Assembly (NCBI GenBank): GCA_951406725.2
Contig: OX597824.1
Location: forward strand, 36,766,001 to 36,830,000
Direction of reading: 5' to 3'
DNA length: 64,000 nucleotides
Source: Octopus vulgaris
Taxonomy: Eukaryota
Position numbers and translations under genes: made by a program. Of this stretch, positions 55,094 to 64,000 are shown piece by piece. The notes under the pieces are model-generated. The model was not told the origin of the DNA. It ran no database searches and saw only the letters and a list, made by a program, of their open reading frames with translations. Position 1 is the stretch's first letter. Every line of letters begins with the position of its first letter.

Positions 55094-57157
55094 TATATAT
55101 ATATTGGCCTGCTTGCTTAGCCAGTGGGGTGGCGTCATTTGAAGGCTAAAACAATATGAAGCGCATTGTGACCAGCGATGTGCAGCAATATCTGATAGCC
55201 TGGTCGGTCACGGTAATATGTGTGTGTGTGTGTGTGTACACGCGTGTGCGTGTCTTTGTATCTGTTTCTCCCCACCACTGCTTGGCAACTGTGCTGGTGT
55301 GTTTACATCCCCATAACTTAGCAGTTTGGCAAAGCAGACTGATAGAATATGCACCAGGTTTTAAAAGCAATAAAAAGTACTGGAGTTGATCCATTCAATT
55401 AAGAATGTTTTGAGGCAGAGCCCCCAGCATGGCCACAGTCTAATGACTGAAACAAGTAATGAAAACTGAAAACAAAATGGAAATTATATGTTCTAGTTCA
55501 GTGTATATACAACCACACTGATTTCTAGCATAGTGGCAAGATTCCTAAAAGATAAATGTTACAGTGTAATAAATAAAAAGACGGACAAAAGATGAGTTCA
55601 TGGGGGTGTGAAGGTGATATATGTTGATAGAATTATATAGCAAGGGTGGGGTAACATCTGCTCATAGATGCATGAAATGGTGTTAACTTAGTCACTTCAA
55701 CTATTTTATTAGTTGAAAAAGACACTTGTATGATTGCCAACAAAAAATTCTTTATGGAAGCAGCCAGTACTATAACTCTTTGAATGTTAGTATTTCTTTA
55801 TATAAGCAAAAAGTTGACTTATTTACAAAAGGAGTGTCCTGCTTGAGTTTAGCCCTAGGTCTACAATGATCCAGCCAATCTAGAATCGAAGACATTTTGG
55901 TTGTAACCCTTACATCTTTATTGGGACAAGACACAGTGTGTAGGGAACACATCACCCATACATCTATCTTTTGTTTTTTTAAGATTGTTGGCTGTGATTT
56001 TAGGGAGATTTGACTGTTATTTCTAGCAAGTAAGGTAAGCACATAGATGATCCTTTGTCAGTATTAACAAAGACAATTGAAGAATATGGTAAGAGGTAAA
56101 GCTCTAATATAAGTGTGGAATCAACTAGAAGAGTCTTCAATAATGCAATTGGATAATTGCAATGAGGTGTTGTTTATTGAAGTAGTAGTAGCAGTAGTAG
56201 TAGTAGCAGCAGCAGCAGGAAAAGAGAACAAAAAGGAAGTAATGAAGGAAGTCGTAGATGTAAATGAAGAGGGAGAAAAAGAAGAGAGAAAGAAAACAAA
56301 GAGAACACAAATGGATAAAGAATTTATATTAAAAAAATGTTTAAAGTTGGTAAGAAGAATGTAAAAGGACTTAAAGAGACTATTGAGTATAACAGTAATG
56401 GAAGCAATTATTATCCACAATAATTGGATTATAAAATAAAGTTTGGTTGGTTGGATTATAAAATATACCAATCTCTACAGAGTTCTTCAAATGGTTTATT
56501 ATTAAAGTGTAAATAGCATTACAGAAAGTATTGCCGGAGGTATATGATATTGTCTATCATGTGTGAAGCATCAAACAGATTAGTATTCCAGACAAATCAC
56601 CGAAATAACTACATTTCAAACAGTAGAATTTTTAGTAAATATTTTACTTTCACCATTTATATGTGTCTCTTAACTTTTTTCTTCTTTTTTATTTCAATTT
56701 ATTTAATGCAGCACACCTTTCAATATCTGATCAAAATTTAGTAAACACAAGAAATTCTGTGATGCCAAGCCAATGAGAGACCATCTACATGATCATACTG
56801 GAACTGCTAATAATAGTAGCTAAATTTTCCTCAAATCACACTTTACTGTCTTAATATAATTGGAAGGATATATTAGACATTGTAGCCATTGATTTACAAA
56901 AAGACAGGATGGTCACAATTAGAACCACCATTAAGCTGATCTTAGCTAAACTACTAAGACTACTACTACTGCTGCTGCTGCTGTGTCAACAACAACTACT
57001 ACTACTACTACTACTACTACTACAGCTCATACTACTGTCCCCTAACCAACCTTGCCCAGTATCATTTCTCTCTTTCTTAATTCTTTCTTATTCATCCTTC
57101 TAGATCCAATCCAAATCTAGCCACCACCACAAATTCTCTGATACTGTTGCCCCTGCT

Positions 57158-57311
57158 ATACCAAGCCAACCCGTGACAAAGGCGGAGCAAACCCCTAACT
57201 CTTCGCTTTGTTCTAAAAATCAGTTTAATATTGATGGTCCCAAAAAGGGACCATATCAGATATTAAACTGATAAGAACAGATACTACACTTTGATCTTAG
57301 CCAAAAGGCCG
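57158..57311 (-). pseudogene. U2: U2 snRNA retropseudogene, truncated at both ends
   Basis: Minus strand cggccttttggctaagatcaaaGTGTAGTAtctgttcttatcagtttaatatctgata... with Sm-site-like gatttttag and stem-loop III; lacks the first ~9 nt and the 3' half of stem IV; 12-bp direct repeat gttgcccctgct at 57146-57157 and 57311-57322. Confidence 0.95.
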
Positions 57312-57422
57312 TTGCCCCTGCTCAGATATGCTCACCAGGCTAGATATATCAGTTAAATCTCCCTGAAATCCTATTCTGTCATCATGAGACAAAGAGAACA
57401 CATTGGACACCATCATTTTCAC

Positions 57423-57457
<35 letters not shown>

Positions 57458-58008
57458 CCATCATCATCATCATTATCACCATTATCATCGTCATCATTTA
57501 ATGTCTGTTCTCCATGATAACATGAGTTGGACACTTTAACAGAAACTGGCCAGCCAGAGAACTGCATTAGGCTCCAATTGTCTGTTTTGATATGATTTCT
57601 ATGGCTGGATGTTCTTCCTAATGCCAACCACTTTACAGAGTGCACTGGGTGCTTTAAACATAACACCAACATAAGTACTTTAAATGTGGTACCAGCATGG
57701 GAGCTTGGTACGTGACACAAGTGCTTTATGCATGGCACTAGCACAGGTGATTTATATGAGGCACCAGTACAGATGCTTTTTATGTGGCACCAGCATAGGT
57801 GCTTTTTACATGGCACCAGTATAATGTAGTCATAGCTATACAAAACCACTGGGTGACTACAGCAGCTATTTTGGTAATCATAATTCTGTTGTTGAATCAC
57901 AGAGCTGACTCAGGGTTACACAAGAACATATAGTTTGCATTATAAAGATTTTTTTTTTTGCAGCTGTCAAAAATTTTCAAAAGAAAATGTAAAAGAAATG
58001 CTATTTAC

Positions 58009-58164
58009 CATTGTTTTGCCAGCTTGCCATTCTGTTTTTGGTAAGGACAATCCTGTCATGATTTTGATAACATGGGCTCGATCATCCAATGAAGGATCTT
58101 TGTCTTCAAGAAGGCAGGAATATTGGGCAAGAAATTTTTCAAGAGGAACATGGACAGGATATCC
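58009..58164 (-). CDS. Unconventional myosin motor-domain exon (converter region), class XXII-like
   Basis: ttttatttag|...|gtaaat; 156 nt, phase 0-0: GYPVHVPLEKFLAQYSCLLEDKDPSLDDRAHVIKIMTGLSLPKTEWQAGKTM; joins in frame to the 60540-60657 exon. Confidence 0.95.
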
Positions 58165-58412
58165 CTAAATAAAAGACAAACAAAATATCGATGAACTTTC
58201 ATTATAAGACACATTTCTTACTTCTTCAAAATATACAGTTGGTTCTCTATTACAGAAACAAACTTAATGAAGGCCTTCACTTCCCATTTGCATGTTTTAT
58301 TAAGACTCTGCTTCAGCAGATATTCTCAGACTGACACAGAATTCTTCATTAAAAGAACACATAGAAGAATTAAATGGTTACCTGATAGTTTGGGTAGAGA
58401 GTTATTCAAATC

Positions 58413-58930
58413 TTCATTCAACTGAATCACCTGTGCAGGTATTCAATCAAATGAATTCTCTGTTCAGGTGTTCAATCAACTGAATCACTTCTTCAGGTGT
58501 TCAATCAACTGAATCACCTGTTCAGGTGTTCAATCAACTGAATTCCCTGTCCAGGTGTTTACTCAAGTAAATCACCTGTTCAGATGTTCAGTCAAAAGAA
58601 TCACTTGTTTAGGTGTTCACTCAAGGGAATCAACTGTTCAGGTGTTCAATCAAATGAATTACCTGTTCAGGTGTTCAATCAACTGAATCACTTCTTCATG
58701 TGTTCAATCAACTGAATCACTTCTTCAGGTGTTCAATCAACTGAATCACCTGTTCAGGTGTTCAATCAATTGAATTCCCTGTCCAGGTGATCATTCAAGT
58801 AAATTACCTGTTCAGATGTTCAATCAAATGAATCACTTGTTCAGGTGTTCAGTCAAGTGAATCAACTGTTCAGGTGTTCAATTAACTGAACCACCTGAAC
58901 AGGTGTTCAATCAAATGACTCACTTGTTCA
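58413..58930. repeat. 29-bp minisatellite, ~18 copies, with higher-order structure
   Basis: Consensus ttcaatcaactgaatcacctgttcaggtg; 17 complete units each exactly 29 bp, then a partial unit. Confidence 0.97.
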
Positions 58931-59182
58931 TCAAATTAGTTGCATTTAAGTGGTTGAGTATTACACAGACAGAATCACTGGTACCCTGTGTATGACAAGG
59001 TTATACCTTTCAGTTCCTAGCACAATCTAACAGGCTTCCTCATAGTTTCCATTTCACCAAGTTCACACGCAAGGCTCTGCTCAACAAGAGACTGGAGTGA
59101 AAAGAAAACACTTGCCTAAGATGTCCCATGATGGGATTCAACCCAGGAGACATAAAGCTTACACATACACACCCACACACAC

Positions 59183-59237
<55 letters not shown>

Positions 59238-60218
59238 CATACATACACAAAAACATACATACATACATACATACATCACTACATAGTTAACATCTAAATT
59301 CTACAGAATAAACCTTATTTGGGGGTTGGAAACTGATTCTTTCTTCATTAGTAAGAACTTTTTTAAATAAAATCACATCATCTACACACACATTATGTTA
59401 GTCTCTCTCTCTCTCTTTCTTTCTCTCTCCTTCTTTCACTTTCTCTCTATCTTTCCCTTTCTCTCTCTCTTTTTTTTCTCTCTTTATCTCTCTCTCTCTC
59501 TCTCTTTCTCTCACACACACACACACACACAAAATCACACACTATTCATATTTAAATTTTTTCTTTTTTTTTTTGCTGGCAATGACTTCTAACCAAAATG
59601 TTGTAAATATCAACACCAACAATATCCTCCCCACCAACGCCATCACCACCTTATCACTTGCATTTTCATCACCCTTCTCCTCCTCTTCCTCCTCATCATC
59701 ATCATCACTACTACCCTATTATTATCATTGTTATTGACTTCACAACAGTCATTCTCATCATCATCATCATTATCATCATCATCATAAAAGCAGATTTTCA
59801 TGCAAACGTTGGTTGCATGATCCTTCAAAAATTTTTCCTCTGTCCTCTATGAGTAGACATTTGCCCATCTCACTAACAATGGCTCGAGATTGTTCCTGTT
59901 GCACTCAATACAACCACAACAGCAAATGCAAAACACTAAAACCACTGTCTTCATGCAAAAAAATTTATTCTAAAGAAAATAATTTTCTAAGCTGTAAAAA
60001 AAAATACGGACACATTAACCACATGTCTCTTAATTACTCCCACTGCTCACACACTCTCTCTCTCTCTCGCTCTCTCTTTCTCTCCCTCTCTCTCTCTTAC
60101 CCTTTCACTCAGCTCATAGGTCACTTCATGTTATATTGTCACAAATCAGCCATTCAAACGTTTCAAAGCTGTTTCTTTTCTCCCTGAAGCTAAAAATGAT
60201 AAACCTTTTCAATCTCTT

Positions 60219-60300
<82 letters not shown>

Positions 60301-60539
60301 TATTTATCTCTTAATACAATTTTACATTTATTTTCTCCAGCTAACAAAATAATTCCTCTAACATTTCTACAAAGAGCTGAATAAATGAAAATAGACTTGA
60401 TGATGTTTCTGGAAGAAAAGTCCTGCTTTAGGCAAGAACAGTCAACGAGATTGGAAATAAAAGAAGAAACTGAATTAACAAAGTTAATAAAATATTTCAA
60501 CAATTAAACAATTGAATGGAGACAAGCGAGCATTCTTAC

Positions 60540-60657
60540 CTCTCTTTTAATCTTGATAAGATCCAACATTCCAGAATATCTCAACTGAGACAATACCTCG
60601 GACTCTTGGTAGTTATTAGGCACTTTCTTAGAGTTGGGTTTCAAACATCGTACATAC
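60540..60657 (-). CDS. Unconventional myosin motor-domain exon (RCxKPN motif and SH2/SH1-equivalent helices), class XXII-like
   Basis: ttattcttcag|...|gtaaga; 118 nt, phase 2-0: YVRCLKPNSKKVPNNYQESEVLSQLRYSGMLDLIKIKRE. YVRCxKPN and QLRYSGML are hallmark myosin motifs; GMLD..I.REGYPxH recalls class XXII. Confidence 0.96.
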
Positions 60658-60699
60658 CTGAAGAATAAAATATTTTGCTTTAAAAAAAAAAAGAGATAC

Positions 60700-61136
60700 T
60701 CTCTTTATTCTTTTACTTGTTTCAGTCATTTGACTGTGGCCATGCTGGAGCACCGCCTTTAGTCAAGCAAATCGACCCCAGGACTTATTCTTTGTAAGCC
60801 TAGTACATATTCTATCGGTCTCTTTTGCCGAACCGCTAAGTTACGGAGATATAAACACACCACCATCAGCTGTCAAGCAATGTTGGGGGGGGGGACAAAC
60901 ACAGACACACAAACTTAAACACACACATATATATATATATATATACGTATATATATATATATATACATATATACGACGGGCTTCTTTCAGTTTCCATCAA
61001 CCAAATCCACTCACAAGGCTTTGGTCGGCCCGAGGCTATAGTAGAAAACACTTGCCCAAGGTGCCATGCAGTGGGACTGAACCCGGAACCATGTGGTTAG
61101 TAAGCAAGCTGCTTACCACACAGCCACTCCTATGCC
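60700..61136 (-). mobile_element. Full-length CORE-type tRNA SINE
   Basis: Reverse complement of the 40856 family; ends ~40 nt from the myosin exon acceptor. Confidence 0.9.
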
Positions 61137-61291
61137 TTTTCTTTTTGTTTGTGTTTTTTAGAGTGGCTGAAAAAATTGTAAATAATGACCTCACTGGGTC
61201 GATGAACCTCAGCAAATGATAAATGAGAGGTGAGATGATGTGTTAAAGGCGACCTACCCATAAGCCTTGTAAGCATGGAAAAACAAATATC

Positions 61292-61327
<36 letters not shown>

Positions 61328-62849
61328 CGATGACAATGGTGGTGGCAGTGGCGGTGGTGGTGGCGATGGTGATGAAAATGAGGATGAGGATGACAATGAT
61401 AATAACAATGATGATAATGATGAATGACTGGGTAATAATTAATTACAGGACTTATCTAATTTCTTGTTCCTTACAATTTTTACCATTTGTCTTGGGGCCA
61501 ACAAACTCTGGCAATTTCTCAAAAGTTTGTTTCAACAAAATGAAACATAAATATAATCGCTTCACAAGTTTTATTGTATATTCTTCCAAGTTTCAGGCAC
61601 TTCTTTCAAACCTGTTCCCCTCATAATATCTAGTCCTATTTAGTTATATATGCTCTGTTTGGTGTCTATATTGTATATACTCTCTATGGTATCTGTATTC
61701 TAAATATAAAGCAATAAAGGTGACAGGTGACATGGCGTTTGGTATTTGTTCATCATTACATTTTATAGGAATACAAACAAGATGAAAGGAAATACCCATC
61801 TTCATAAACTCCCAGCAGATCAAACCGACACATAAAATTCCACTGTTCCTATGTACCTGAGATGGATATTATATCCTATTGATTTCATTCTTCAACAAAT
61901 CTGTTAACAAAATAAGTTACCTGCAAACCAAGTTTTGATTTCCAGTTGCATGTTATTTTCCTTTTGTTGATAAATTGTTTGTGAAACAACTCAGCATTGC
62001 AGAATCTCAATTCCTATTCAATCTTGTGAGGAAAATTTATTGGGAAGTTCTTTGCGAGCTTATAAACCTTTTAATCTAAAGGCTAACATTCTCTATGAAT
62101 TCATTCCAATGCCTTATTTTTACCATGAGTCTAAGGAACTTTATATTTAGTTAATGTTATATCTGCTCTGTCATTCAAGCCATACCTACTTTCTATTCCC
62201 TTATCAATATCCTCATTACACAAATTCTTCTGTCCATGTAAATGTCTATGTATAAAAGACCACTGTGAACTTGCTGTGCCCAACACACTGTACTATCACT
62301 CATCCATCCAACCCTGGCCTTATGAACTGACAGTTATCACTCCCTTTATTCTTTCCTCTCACTCACATTCCTTTTCACTTTTACATGCGGGTTCTGCCTC
62401 TCTCATCAAACTATTCTCTTGAAAGAGACTTCTTGAAGATATAACAAGTTGCCAAGTACTGGTGTCATGAAAAAATGCACTGCATGCACTCTGAAAAGTG
62501 GTGGCATGCACTCTGAAAAGCGGTTGGCATTAGCAAGGGTTATCAGTCATAGAAACCAAGGCAAAAATGAAACGCACATGTAAGTTGTGAATCTCAAACT
62601 TATCTAGATGAGCAAATGGTTGTGTTGGATTTAATCATAGTGAGCCATCCAATATCTGCCACCAAGGTTAAGTGGACATAAAATGATGATGATGATAATG
62701 ATAAATAAATAAATATTGCACACACACACAAAAAAGGCATACTTTGAAATGGCAGAATCATTAGAACATTGGCAAGGACTCATTGTAATTTTCATTCCAC
62801 ATCTCAAATGAGTTGAATCAAACCTTGCTGAGGTCAATTTAACTTTTCA

Positions 62850-64000
62850 CAAAATGAAAGGTAGGTCTCATGAGATTGTTAAAATGCAAAAAGAGACATA
62901 GACATGTGCTGTGTGCAAGCCATAAGGTGAAAGGGGGCTTCAACTAGACTCCATATGGGCAAGAAACATAGATATAAATTCTTTTGAGTAGCCAATAGTG
63001 ACAGAAGAGTGGGAAATAATCTTGGAAGAGAAATGATTAGATAAAGTGAATAAGGTAGTCAGAATGTGTGGAAGAATAATTATGCTCAGACAAGTCTTGG
63101 AAAATATAATAGCAACATTTCTCTCTGGCAATGCACCTCAATTAGGGCTGCTGGACAAACAAAAGGACTGTTATTTATGATGCCTTTTTTTTGCAGATTA
63201 TCTGAATGACAAACTTCAGTGACCTTATCTTCATGAGTGGTGACTTCAATGCACACATTGAATAGCATCCTTCTGAATACCATAATGTGTATGGAGGCTA
63301 TGGTCTTGTTTCTCAAAATGAGAAAGAAACATGGCTACAGGAGTTTTGTGCAGCAAACTTCAGGGAACCAACCAGTCATCTGATCACATATCAATCTTAT
63401 GGACACACAAAACAGATTGGCTACATTCTCGCCAGAAACAGGGACAATAAAAATAAATGTTCCTTCTCGAGCCATGCCAAGCTCATAAGGGCCTGTTTCC
63501 CGGTTTCACTGGCATAGAAATTCCCAACCTGGATGGAACGCCGGTCCGTCGCAGGATTACTCATTTTTGCCAGCTGAGTGGACTGGAGTAACGTGAAATG
63601 AAGTGTTTTGCTCAAGAACACAACGCATCGCCCGGTCCAGGAATCGAAACTACAACCTTACGATCATCAGTTCAACACCCTAACCACTAAGCCATGCACC
63701 TGCACTAGAAACAGGGACAAATGACTGTAAATGCAAAATCCTTTTCTGATGAAGAAAGAATATACTACTCAAAATAAGTTAGCGTTTACTCATTTGGGAT
63801 TTAGGACTAGAAGGGATCAAAGATAAATACCAGCTTGGAAAAGAAAGATAAGGAAACTTAAAGAGCCATCAAATTGTTAGAGATGGAAAGAAGTCATAAT
63901 TGAAATATATGACAAGAAGGAGGAGGAGATAGAAACATATAACATTTAGAACAACTGATAGTTCTTTTGGAACAATCTGCAGAGAGCTACTGGACAAATC
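62850..64000 (+). mobile_element. Decayed RTE-clade LINE endonuclease region, runs off the window end
   Basis: MKGRSHEIV..DMCCVQ, VGIILEEK*LDKV..RII, NAPQLG, SGDFNAHI, YGGYG, HLITYQS..QIGYIL in APE order. Confidence 0.88.
63448..63706 (-). mobile_element. tRNA-derived SINE inserted in the RTE remnant, 14-bp TSD
   Basis: agaaacagggacaa at 63434-63447 and 63707-63720; body matches the 2612 family. Confidence 0.92.

Noticed and set aside
58413-58930. CRISPR-like array (29-bp, partly palindromic repeats)
   Set aside because: Units are contiguous with no unique spacers, there are no cas genes, and the context is a eukaryotic intron.

Overview
AT-rich eukaryotic (animal) genomic DNA dominated by microsatellites and interspersed repeats. 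The SINE repertoire and microsatellite load suggest an octopus/coleoid cephalopod (inference). Most ORFs in the six-frame track are microsatellite artefacts. The only secure host coding sequence is two spliced minus-strand exons (60540-60657, 58009-58164) of an unconventional myosin motor domain, most similar to class XXII. I found no following exon in the remaining ~58 kb. The rest is a layered record of mobile DNA: several tRNA-derived SINE families, decayed CR1- and RTE-type LINEs, a decayed Helitron helicase, and mariner/Tc2/piggyBac-like derivatives. There is also a retroposed U2 snRNA copy with a target-site duplication (TSD). Several Penelope-like fragments carry hammerhead-ribozyme cores and fold-back inverted repeats. 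One of them links a GIY-YIG remnant, a tRNA-like Pol III cassette and a hammerhead. A few orphan candidate exons (GPI-like tail, duplicated hydrophobic tail, microexons) are unproven. All translations and alignments were done by eye, and repeat boundaries without a TSD or TIR are approximate.
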